From: Parvularia atlantis
Lineage: Eukaryota
Length of the DNA: 55,669 bases
Reading direction: 5' to 3'
NCBI GenBank assembly: GCA_943704415.1
Contig: CALSCO010001030.1
Span: 62,001-117,669 of the forward strand
The translations under genes and the position numbers were made by a program. This document shows, in pieces, positions 24,411 through 35,892 of this stretch (positions are counted from its first letter, which is position 1; every line of letters begins with the position of its first letter). A model generated the notes under the pieces. That model did not search any database, had not been told where the DNA came from, and saw only the letters and a program-made list of their open reading frames with translations.

Positions 24411-27071
24411 TCACGGCGTGAGGCGCTTGGGGTCGCGCGGGAAGAGCGACGTCTTGCGGATGTTCTTGAGGCCGAGGTAGAGCATGACCACGCGCTCGAG
24501 GCCTGCGGCGCACGTCAGCGCGTGTGCACATCACGCGCAACCGGTCCAGAGCGCACCGACACCGCCGCCAGCGTGAGGCGGCGCGCCGTACTTGAACGAG
24601 TCGATGTATGACTGGCCCGCGGCCGCGTCAGCACGTGTGCGAGTGCAGCGCTCGCGGCTGTGCACACCTGGATTGACTCGGGCGGCACGCCGCACTCGAC
24701 CGCACGCTTCGTGAGCAGCTCCGGGTCGTGCACACGCTGCGCGCCCGACATGATCTCCTCCCCGCGCATGAAAAAGTCGTACGCGTTGGCGTAGCCCTGC
24801 GGGAGGCGGGCGATCAGTTGGCCGGCGGCCGGCGGCCGGCGCAGCGTGCGCGCGCGCTCACGCACCTTGTTGGCCGGGTCCGGCATGGTGTAGAACGGGC
24901 GCACGGCGAGCGGGAACTTGTCGAGCATGAAGAAGTCCGTGTGGTACTTGTTCTTGACTAGCACGCCGAGGCGCTTCTCCTGCGCGGTGCTGGCGCGTGC
25001 AGAGCAAGTGCTGAGCGCTTTAAACGGCCGCAGCGGCGGCGGGCGCGGCGCACCTCAGGTCGTCATAGTCGCCAATCTCAACGCCGTCGTCGCGCAGCAT
25101 CTTGACGGCCTCGGGGAAGGTCAGGCGCAGCGACGGTTCGAGAAACTGGAAGTCCTGCGCGGGGTGCTGGCGGTACACTGTGGGCGCCAATCAGCCCCGC
25201 CGTGCGCAATGGGAGCGTGCGCACCCGTCGCGATCTCGGACGCGCACTGGTCGCGCAGCTTCTTGAACATGTAGACAAAGAGGCCGTCGAGCAGGTCGAG
25301 CACCTGCCGGGCACGTCAGCCGGACCGTCTCTTCCTCACGGCGGCGGCGGCGGCGCACCTCGTGGTAGTGCTCCTTGAACGCCATCTCGAGATCGAGGCC
25401 CACGAACTCGGTCAGGTGGCGGTGCGTGTTGGAGTTCTCGGCGCGGAACACTGGCGCGGGCACGCGTAAGCATCGCGTTGTGGGGCGCAGGCGCAGTGCG
25501 CACCGGGCGCAATCTCAAACACGCGCTCAAAGTCGGCGCAGATGGCCATCTGCTTGTACAGCTGCGGCGACTGCGCCAAGAACGCCTGGCCTGTGAACGC
25601 GTGTGAGCATGCCGCTCGTGCCAGAGAGACTGACACGCGCGCCGCGCACCCTTAAAGTACGACACCTGGAACACGTTGGCACCGCCCTCGGACGCGCCGC
25701 CAATGATCTTCGGGCTGCGCGCGGCCGCAGGCGCTCAGACGGTGGCCCGCCCAGCGGCCTGCCGCACCTGTGGATCTCGACAAAGTTCTGCGACAGGAGG
25801 TAGTCGCGGAAGTACTGGCCGACGGCCGACTGGATGCGGAAGATGGCGTTGTTGGTCGTTGTCTGCGCGCCCGCGTGAGGCCGCTGCGTGCACGCGGGCG
25901 CGCACCGCGCACGCACGCGCAGGTCGATGATGCGGTTGTCGAGGCGCGTGTCGAGGTTGACGCGGATCACGGGCTGTCCGCTCGCGTCGACGGCCTCGCC
26001 CTTGTCGTTGGCCTTCTCGGCCTCCTCGTCCTGCGACGCGGCGGTCATGGGCTGCGCGTGCGCGTGCTCTCGCTTTACGCACCTCCGCGTCCGGGCGCTG
26101 CGCGTCCTCGAGCTCGAACGGCAGACGCGGCACGGCCTGGCTGACGACGAAGAACTGCGCGCGTGTGCTCGGCGTCAGCCCGTGCGAGCGCACACGGAGA
26201 CGGCCGCACGCCTTGGTCACGCGCAGCTCGAACGCTTTGACCGTGCACGACTCGACCAGCGGCGTCACCGCGCGCACGAGGCCCGACACGTCCACGAACG
26301 ACTCCTTGGGCACGCTGAAGGCAGCTTAGCAGACGGCGCCACACGGCCGGCAGACGCGCGCGCGCACCCGGTCGCGAACTTGACCATGGGCTTGCTCACG
26401 ACCTCGCCCACGTCGAGCACGGCCTGGACCGTGTGGTACTGCTGGCGTAGCACGACGAAGCACAGCTTGCTCGCTTGCGTGCGCGCGCTCTTGTCAGCAC
26501 GCACAACCACGCAGCACACGGCGACGCGCACGCACATGGCGCGCGGCTGGCGTGCACGCGGCCGCGCACAAGAACCTCCTTGCCCTCGAGCGCCGCGCCA
26601 ATGTCGGCCACGGGCGTCCACGTGCGCTCTGCGGCCGCGCCGCGCTCGCGTTCAGCACGTGGCCGAGAAGGATCGCGCACAGGGCACGCACCACTGCGCG
26701 TCTGCGACTGGTTGATCGCCTCAACGCCGTAGCGGTCGCGCGCAAAGTCACCCGCGGCCTCCTGTGCGGTGCGCGTGGGGCGCGGTCACGGCGCGCGCGG
26801 CGTGCGGGGCTAGGCGGCCGGGGAAGGGGGGGAAAGGGGCGCACCGCCTCCTCGCGCGCCTTGCGCTCGGCCTCGAGCCGCGCCGCCTTCTCGGCCTTCT
26901 CGGCCTCCTTCTTGCGCTCGGCCTCGGCCTTCTTCTGCGCCTTCTTGGACGTGGTCTGGCCGTCCTCGCTGCGCCGCGGCGTGAGCGTGCCGACGCGAGC
27001 GGGGCGGTTTGAGGCGAGGCGGACCCCTTCACGGTCTCATCGACCACGGCTTCGTTCGCGCTCGAGCTCAT
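24411..27071 (-). CDS. DARS1: Cytoplasmic aspartyl-tRNA synthetase, about 16 introns
   Basis: [76 protein letters not shown]...[12 protein letters not shown]. Confidence 0.97.
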
Positions 27072-27121
27072 CGCGCTGACGCAACCAACCAACCAACTGG
27101 CCAACAGCTCTGCTCCCTTGC

Positions 27122-27929
27122 TCAGCCCGGCGGCCCGCCCCCGAACGGCGACCCGCCCCCGAACGGCGACATCGACCCGAGCCCGAGGCAGATGAAGCAG
27201 AACGCCTTGGCGCACGGCCGCCCGTCCGCGCCCTGCGTGCACGTCGGTTCGGGTTGCCCGTCTGGGGTGGCGGCGCAACGACGCTCAGCACGGCCAGCCA
27301 GCCCGGCGGTGGGCGCACCGGACGGCGATGGCCCTGTGCCGTCCATGGCGGCGGCGGGCGCGATGTCGGCGTCGCGGGCGCTGTTGTTGTAGCGCAGGAT
27401 GAGCCGTGCCCGCACGCGTCGCGGCGTCGGCGGCCCGGTCGAGGGCGACGACAGCGGCGATCTGCGCAAAGGCACGGCGTGAGCGACGTGCGTTGGCACA
27501 CGCGCACGGACGCACCGCCGCCCGAGCGAGCTGCTGCCGGGCGAGCGCGGGGCGCGCGGCGGCGTCGTGCGCGGCGAGACGTTGCCGGCGCCGTCGACGA
27601 GCGAGCGGCGCGTGGGCAGCGAGCGCAGGTGCCCGCGGTCGTGCTCGATCGTCATCGTGTACAGGTCGACGATGTCGCCCATGCCGTCGTCGGCCTCGTC
27701 GGCCTGGCCGCCGTACTTTGCGATGATCTGCCCATCGAGCGAGCGCGAGTGAGCGCGGAGGCGCGATGCACGCAGCGCCACCGCACACCTCCTCCAGGGC
27801 CGCCGCGAACTTGCGCTGCGAGTCGGCCCACGTGAAGCCCGCGTCGGCCGTGGCGTCGGCCGCAGCATCGGCCGCATCCGCCGCATCGCGGCGATCGGTT
27901 CGCGCCAGCGTGACCACTCGCCCTTCCAT
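27122..27929 (-). CDS. SCM3: CENP-A chaperone Scm3/HJURP-like with a C-terminal Cys4 motif, 2 introns
   Basis: Spliced SQRKFAAALEE|IIAKYGG...GDIVDLYTMTIEHDRGHLRSL matches the Scm3 domain; C-terminal CTQGADGRPCAKAFCFIC. Confidence 0.8.
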
Positions 27930-27962
27930 TCCAATGTGCAACCAACACAACACGACGTAAAC

Positions 27963-28829
27963 TCAGTGCGTCTTCTTCACGGCGGCACGGCGGCGGTACT
28001 TGTCCTCGAGGCGCTCAAAGACGGTGCCGTCGAACGCGCCGCGCACATCGTCCTTGGACAGCTTGCCGTGCTCGGCCGCCACGTAGTACAGCAGGCCCCA
28101 CTCGAGGAACGTCGCCTGCCAGCCGAAGATGTCTGCGGTGCGCCCGGCCGGCTCAGCGGGAGCGCGCGCGCGCATTGCAGCTGACGCACCGAACGAGTCG
28201 CGCTCCTCCTTGATGCGCTGCCACAGCGTCGACCAGGTCAGAAAGCCCTTCTTGCTGCGGTCCCACTGCGCGCGAGCGAGCTCAGCATGGCACGGCACGG
28301 CACGCATTGGCGACGCACGCGGTCCCAGAACGCCTCGAAGCGCTCCTCGTTGAAGTTGCCGTCCTTGTCGTACACCTGCGCGCGCGTGTGGCGTGCTCAG
28401 CCCGCTCGTTGGGCGTGCGTTTTTTTGCACCGCGTGCCTGCGAGTCGCTGCCGTGGCGCGAGTATTTGATGTTGCGGATGTTGACTGGGCGCGCGGGCGC
28501 GGTTCGTGAGCATGGCGTGTGAGCGGGGGCAGGGCGGGAAGCCAGGCGCGCACTCGTCGTCGTCGGGAGCCACGACGTGCTCGTGGGCCACGCGAGCGAG
28601 AAGTTGATGATGATCGCACCGAGGATGCTCAGGAACACGCCGAGGCCGATGGCGCGCATGCCGCGGTACGTGTCCAGCAGGGTGACGCTGCACGCCCGCT
28701 GTCACGGCCGTGCGCCAGCGCGCGTGCGGGTGCCGGCGCGCACTAGCCGTCGTGGTCGCGGTCGAAGAACAGGACGTGCTTCTGCATGGCGTTGCCGGTC
28801 GCGGCCAGCTGCGAGTGCAGGTCGGCCAT
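27963..28829 (-). CDS. Caleosin/peroxygenase, 5 introns
   Basis: MQKHVLFFDRDHDGYVTLLDTYRG (EF-hand plus His), hydrophobic segment, IKYSRHGSDSQVYDKDGNF, FGWQATFLEWGLLY, VRGAFDGTVFE. Start codon uncertain. Confidence 0.9.
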
Positions 28830-29188
28830 GGTCGTCGGGGCGGGCTTGGCGGTCGGGCGGGCCTGGTGTGCGGCGCAAAGTGCGCGGTGCGCGTGCCTGC
28901 CCCCCCGCGTTGACGCGCACTCTGCAGCGCGGCGAGCGCAAGCCCGGTGACGCGTCCGTGACAGCACTGCGCAGATCAGATCAGACCGGACACTTGGAGC
29001 AACACCTCCTGCGGCGCGCGCGTGAATGCCGCCCTGCGAGCACGCGCCTGCACGCACACCGAGGTCACTCCGGGTCACTTGCACGCGCGCGCGGTGCCCG
29101 GCGCCATAAGAGCGCGCCGCGGCCGCCCGAGCCGCCGCCACTCGCCCTCTCCGCCTCGACCGCACCGTCGTTCTTCGCGTCCGCAAGC

Positions 29189-30102
29189 ATGAGCCAGAAC
29201 GAGTCCGACCAGTCGCGCCCGTCCGACAGCGAGCGCATCGAGAAGCACCTGCGCCTGCTCATCCTGGCCGTGCTCCGGCGCGACGAGACGCTGCACGCCA
29301 AGGTCGCGCGCTTGCGTGACGTGCGCGCGCAGGACCGTGACGCTGACCCCGCCGCCGCCGCCGCGCGCCCTCAGGCCGTCGAGAAGTACTACGCGCCAAA
29401 CGCCGAGCTGATCCACCCGGTGCGTCCCACGGCCATGCTCACGCTCCCACCGCGCGTACTCACGCGCAGGGACGCAGCTGCTCGGCCTGCGCCGCGGCCG
29501 CCAGGACATCCTCGCGCTCTACCAGTTCTACTCGCGCATCCTGCGCCGCGTGCGTGGCTGCCTGCGTGCACAGCCACCCGCGTGCACGGCGCCGCGGCTT
29601 GACGTCGCCCACGGCGCAGATCTCGGTCAACGTGCACCAAATCACGATCTCGAACGACCAGAGCGCGGCCGTCGTCGAGCTGACGCAGCACATCCGCTTC
29701 AACCTCTTCCCGTTCATGACGCTGCAGATGCACATGCTCGCGGACCTGCAGCTGACCGACACGGCCGACGGCCAGGGCAAGCTGATCGCGCGCCAGCACG
29801 TGCGTGGCCCCTCGCCGCGTCTGCGTGCCGGCTCGCTCACGCCCACCGCGCAGGACATCTACCCGGCCGACAGCCTCCTGCGCCTGTTCCCAATCGTGCG
29901 CCACGTCTACGCGCTGTTCCTGCTGGCCACGACCGTCATCTTCTCGCCCATGCTCATCGCCTTCGTCAACCTCGTCAACAGCTTCGGCAAGTTTGCGAGC
30001 CATGCCACGGCGCTCGAGGAGACCAACCTCAAGGTTCTGGCCGACCCCACGCCGCACATGGACGCGTACGACTACTCGATCAAGCCCACGATGACGACGT
30101 GA
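29189..30102 (+). CDS. SnoaL/NTF2-like domain protein with a C-terminal hydrophobic segment, 4 introns
   Basis: AVEKYYAPNAELIHPL...GRQDILALYQFY...KLIARQHDIYPADSLL; resembles the fungal NTF2-like family. Confidence 0.65.
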
Positions 30103-30163
30103 GCGGGCAAGACCACCTCCACCCTTGTGTTGTTGTGCCCAACACTCTCAGTTTATGGCTCCG

Positions 30164-32728
30164 TCAGTCAAGGCGCAGCGGCTCGACGCCCTCGAGGTAC
30201 GCGGGTGCGCCCCGGCGCTCGAGCATGTCGTAGAACTCGGCCACGAGCGGGTTGGCGTGGATCGCGCGTGAGACGTCCGCCGGCAGGTCGACCACACGCA
30301 GCGACGACGCCGACCGGGCGCGCGACAGCGCCACGTACGCCATGCCGCTGCGCGCGTTTGAGCCCTGCACACGCGCCGGCTGCGGGGCGCGCACACCTCG
30401 CGAAGACCTTGCCGAGCGACACCACGACGCAGTCGAGCGTCATGCCCTGCGACTTGTGGATGCTCAGGGCCCACGCGAGGTTGAGCGGGATCTGGCTGCG
30501 GTTCTGTGGCGCGCGCGCTGGGGTGAGACGCGGCGGGCGGCTGTTGCTCGCGTGGTCCGCACGGCAATCTCGTCGTTGCCGCTCTTGAGTGCCCAGCGCT
30601 CGCGGCCCACGACCTGCTCGACGCCAGACAGGAAGCGCACGACCGGCAGCCCGACCTCGGAAAAGCGGGTAATGCGCCCGCGCGCGCCGTTGACGAGCCC
30701 GCGGTTCACATCGAGGTTCTGTGCGCGGGCGACGCGCTCAGACGCAGACAAGGGCGCCGCGCGCGACGCACCTTGGCCAGGATCACCTGCGCCCCGACCT
30801 TGTACTCAGCGCGCCGGCGCACAGGGCACACCTTGTCCAGCTGGTCGCGCACGCCGGGCAGGTCGCTCGAGTCGCGCGCGTCAAATACGACGCTCTGCCC
30901 GTCGAGCGCGCGCAGTCGCGTCGCGTTGACAGTCTCTGCCGCGCCGCACGGTCACACGCTGCACACACACACACACACACACCAGCGCGCACGCCACCGA
31001 CGGCCTCGTTGTGCGAGTGCAGTAGCGTCGGTTCAATGCCCTCGCGCTCGATCACGTTGTGCGCGGTCGCGCGCAGGAACGCGCCCGTCGCGGGCGAGCA
31101 GCGCCCCGTGCGCACCTCGCCGAGCACGCTGATAAAGTCGGACTCCGTCTGCAGCCGCGCACGTCAGCCGCGCGCACCGCAGCACTCATGCTCACCTGCC
31201 GGTGGACCTTCTTGAGTACGACCGTGTGTGTGACGCAGCGCCTCCACGAGCGCGACTGGAAGCACAGCACGGTCTGGGCGTCGGCCTCGCCCGGGTTGAC
31301 CGGTGGCAGCTGGAAAAAGTCGCCGCAGACGATCACCTGAATGCCTACGGCGCCGGCCGATCAGCTGCACGAGGCGCGCGGCCCAGGCCACGCACCGCCA
31401 AAGGGCGCCTGCGACCGCTTAACGGTGCGCGCCACAACGTCCATCTTGTCGAAGAAGCGCCCGTCGAGCATCGAGACCTCGTCGACGATGAGCGCTGCGC
31501 GTCCTGGGTGAGCGCGTGTGCGGAGGTGCCACGGGCTGCGCGCACTCTTACACCGCCGCCACAGCTCGGCGCGCGCCCCCCGCGCAAAGGCGAGCAGCTC
31601 GTCGTCCGACGGGATGACAAAGTTCGAGAAGCCCTGCCCCGGCGCGATGAGGTCAGCGGACGGCGACGACGGGCCCATTAGCGGCACGCAGGACGCACCG
31701 CGAACGAGTGCACGGTCATGCCGCCCACGAGCGACGCAGCGAGCCCCGTCGTCGCCGTCACAAAGGTCGACTCGCGCGGGAGGAACGCCAGGATGTGCCG
31801 GAGAAGGAACTGCGTGAGTGCGCGCGCGTCGGCATGGGCGGCCGAGGGTGCTCAGCGCGCACACACCGACTTGCCCGTGCCCGCCGAGCCCGTGAAGAAG
31901 ACGTTGCCGCCTTGCGCCACCAGCCGCAGCACTTGCTTCTGCTCCGTGTTGAGCGCCTCGGGCGAGAGCATGCTCGGCGCCGTACACGTGGCCGCGGGCC
32001 CGGGCGGCGGCAGGGCGGCGCTGCCGTCGTCCGCCGCGCCGCTCGCCGACCTCTGGAACGGGCGCCGGCGCCGGCGCTGCCCGTCGGTCGACGCTGCGCG
32101 CTTGAGCCCTGCCGCCGTCGCGAGCGCGCTGTTCTCCTTGCCGTCGCGGCTGCCGCCGGCCGACGAGCGCCCTTCTGTGCTCGCGCGATCAGACGGCCAC
32201 GGAGCGGCCGTTGCTGCGCGCGAACCGGACGCAGAGTCGGAGCAGTTCGGGATGAGCGCGGCGACGAGGTACTTGAGCTGCACGGACGCGCGTGAGGGCG
32301 CGAACGGACAGACGCCGCGAGCACGGGCGCACCGGCTTGGGCGGCGCGTCCGACACGAGCAGGTTGAGCCGCTGGTCCGGAAACGAGAGCGTGAGGCGGC
32401 CCTCGCGCACGAAGCGCCGGCGCACAACGACGCTCTCGTCGAGCTGCGCGCAGTCAGCCGGGCTGTGCAACGGCCTCCGCGGCGACGGCACCGCGCACCG
32501 CCAGCGCAAACTCGCGGCTGTCCTTGGCCCCCGCGACGACCAGCGTCTCTCCGTCTGCCGCGACGACGACGAGGCGACCGTTACGCCGCGGCGCCACCCG
32601 TCCCGCCCGCGCGCGTGCGCACCGAGCAGGTGCAGCGTCGCGTCGCGCAGCGCGCAGCGCCGCAGCAGGCACCCGCTCGCGTCAAAGTGCTCCTGCACGA
32701 CGTTGCACTTGACCGGCACGACATCCAT
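30164..32728 (-). CDS. PIF1: PIF1 5'-3' DNA helicase, about 14 introns
   Basis: [85 protein letters not shown]-like N-terminus. Confidence 0.95.
30962..30981 (+). repeat. (CA)10 microsatellite in a PIF1 intron
   Basis: Read directly from the sequence. Confidence 0.9.
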
Positions 32729-32810
32729 CCCAGCGCGCGTTTGAACGTTGCGCGGCTGCTGCGGTGGGCGTCACCGTTCTGCTGAGTCAGCTGCACGACG
32801 CAGGTCCGAG

Positions 32811-35690
32811 ATGCGCGCAGCGCCACCGGCAGCGCCGCCCGTGATCGACGTGGACGGCGTCGAATTCGTCATGCTGTCGCGCGGCAGCGACGGGACGCCG
32901 GCGGCGGCGGCGGACGAGGCGCGCCCCGCGGCGGCCGGCAACCGCCTGCTGCGCGAGGAGACGCTGTGGAACGTCATGACCGAGGGCACGGTGCAGCACG
33001 ACAGCGGTGCGCAGAGCCGCCGTCGTGCCGCGTGGCGACGCGCGCTCACGGGGGGCCGCAGAGACCGTGTACAAGGCCGAGGCCGAGCTGCGCCAGTACG
33101 CCGAGGTGTCGTTCAAGCCGGGCGTGTTTGTGAAGGAGCTCATAGGTGTGCCACCCTGCGAGATCTCGCTGCTGGCTGACGACCCGACGCGCGCGCCCCC
33201 GCCCGCAGCGCACACGTTCAACTCGGTGCCGCTCGTGCTCCTGTTTGACGGCTGGTACGGCGCGATCAACCGCCGGTACATCCCGCGGCTCTGGGAGCCG
33301 TTCTTGTCGACCTTCTACGGGCAGTGGATCAACTTTCTGTGCTTCGTCGCGATCAACGTGCTGTACTGTGCGTGCGGCGCGTGGGGCGCGCCTCGACACA
33401 TGCGCTCACACCCGCAGCGCAGTCCTGTACCGCCCGCCGCACATCGACGTGTGGGAGGTCGTGCTGCTGGACGTGCTGTGGGTCGCGCGCAACACGGTCG
33501 TCGCCACGAAGGTCCGCCGCCAGTCGCGCGCGGGCGCCGTCGCGCTGACGCCGGTCGCGCGCGCGCCCAGTATGCGTACACGTCGCGCCGCGAGCTAGAC
33601 GACATGCACCGCAGCGTGCTGCCCGACGAGGTGCGCGCCCCGTCATCGTCGTTGCCGCCTCGTGCGCACGCTCACGCACACGCGTACGCAGGTACACGTC
33701 AAGCGCCAGGTGCTCACGGGCTGGCTGCAGTTCTCGGACGCGCTCGGCGTGCGCGAGCTCGTCTACGCCAGTCTGCGCCAGGGCGTGGACCTGCGCGCGC
33801 TGCCGATCAAGCTCAACATGCACAAGCACGACTTCCGCGTCCTCTTTGACCTCGCCCTGGCCGACCGCGAGCGTCGCCCGGGTGAGGCGTACCTGGAGCC
33901 GATCGTGATGGATGTGCGTTGTGGCGCCTGACGCCGCCCGCGACGCTTACGCGCGAGCACGGACATCATCAGGGCGACACCGTGCGGCAGATCCCGGCCT
34001 CGCTCCTGGCCAAGCAGCTGGTTTTCAGCAGGTGAGTGCCCGTGTGCGTGCCTGGGCGCGAGCACTGCTGACGGGGCACACAGCAAGAAGTACGTGCGCA
34101 TGCCCTACATCGGCCACTTTGTGCGCTTCCTGGGCGTGCTCCAGGGCTTCCTGCCGGCGATCGTGCGGTGCGTGCAGCCGTGCCGGCCCGGCTTGCGCGG
34201 CGCTGACGCTGTGTGCGGCGCGTGCAGGGCCATCCAGGGCCTGCCGCCGATGGGCGGCACCGAGTGGCCGGCGTATGTGATCTTTGTGCTGCAGGTGTAC
34301 CTGATCTTCTTCCTCGACTTTTCCAACTTTATGTTCCTGATCGCGGGCATCGTCGACTTCCGGCGGCGCCGGTGCGCCTGCGCGGCCCCGCTGCGCCGAC
34401 CGGGCTGACAGACGTGCGCCGACAGCTACATCCACATGCAGCTGCTGCGCCTGTTTCAGGACGGCTACATCCCGCCCAAGCTCGTTCTTGACAACCAAAA
34501 GGCGGAGCTGAAGCGGCGGCGTGAGCTGTTCCTCAACTCTCGCTCGGTGCGTCGCGCGCTCGACCGTGCCCAGCACAGCCGCTGATCGCCCAGCCGCAGC
34601 GCCTGAAGACCACGTCCTCGAACGGCTCGGGTGGCTCAAGCGGCTCGGGTAGCAAGGTCAGCCTGCAGCAGACCATGTCCGGGAGCGAAATGCCGGCGAC
34701 CGTGATCGACATGAGTGCGTGACCTCGGCCGTTCGCGCGGGAACACACGCCACATGCTCACACGCGCGCGCCCGGGCAGCCGCTGTGCCGCTGGAGGGCT
34801 CCGAGTCGGATGTGCTGCAGAGCGCACACCTGCGTGTGGCGCCGGCGTCGGACGACAACCTGCTCAAGCGCAGCCCGTCCACCGTGAGCCAGGCCAAGTC
34901 GACCACCTCGTTCACGACGCGGCAGATGGACGACCTCGACGGCAGCATCACGCAGGGCCTCACGCTTGACTTCACCGTGCCCGAGAATGTGCTGGCGTGG
35001 TCGCGGCTGCGTGACACGCTCTCGGTGCGTTGCAGCGCGCGCGCGCGCTCCGGGCGGGTGCCGTGCTGACGCGTGCGCGCGTGTGCTCCGCAGGACTTTG
35101 GCATCATCTACAGCCGGCGCATCATCATCTACATCGGCCTGTTTCTGCTGGTGATGATCGGCTTTATGATCTTCGTGATCGTCCAGGCGATCCTGGGCCT
35201 GCCCAACTCAATTTACGTGATCATGACCGTCGTGCTCTACCTGATCGTCATCTTCACTGTCTTCTTTGTCGTCATCGTCAGCGTCGGCGGCGACAGCAAC
35301 TATCACCGGCAGTCGCAGGCCGTCGAGTTGCTGAAGCGCAAGGTGCGCTGCCTTTGTGCGCGTGTGCGTGCCTCCTTGTGTGCTCAGCGCCGCGCGTCAG
35401 GCCATGCTCGAGTACATCATCTCGTCGTCGGCTCACCGCCTGCCCGAGGCCACGGTCAACTCGTTTCGCCTCGCGATCGGGCTCGTCTCCTGCGTCGAGC
35501 AGCTCGTGCGCTCAGACAACGAGCTCAACGTGACGCGCATCCTCGGCTTCAACGCAGGCGGGCAGCTGGGCCGCGCGCTCGTGGTGCTCATTGTGGTGCG
35601 CCGCTGGCATGCCTGTTGGACCGTGCCGCTGACCGCGGCTGGCGTACGCCGCAGGGTGCGCTCGGCATCGCGCTGCGCGCGTACTTTTGA
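32811..35690 (+). CDS. Multi-pass membrane protein, PHTF/7TMIC (gustatory-receptor-fold)-like, about 14 introns
   Basis: About 7 TM segments; FMFLIAGIVDFRRR, PENVLAWSRLRDTL, VIVSVGGDSN and TRILGFNAGGQLGRALVVLIVGALG parallel PHTF C-terminal motifs in order. The gene itself is well supported; the family call is moderate. Confidence 0.6.
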
Positions 35691-35892
35691 GCCGTCCCTT
35701 TCAGTTGTAAAATACTGAGCTGTGTGTGAGAGTACTGCTTGTTTGACGAAGTTCCACCCGGGTAAGAATTGCGTGTCACACACCAAATTTCCCGCTGACC
35801 ATGAGCGCTGACCAGCCGGTCTTCCACACTGGCACTCACGCGCCGCACGCGCCACACGCGCCGCACAGGTGCTGCTTGCCTCTCCGCTCCCA

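Noticed and set aside
26806..26839. G-quadruplex-like G tracts (also 52630-52698)
   Set aside because: Expected by chance at this GC content; no supporting context.
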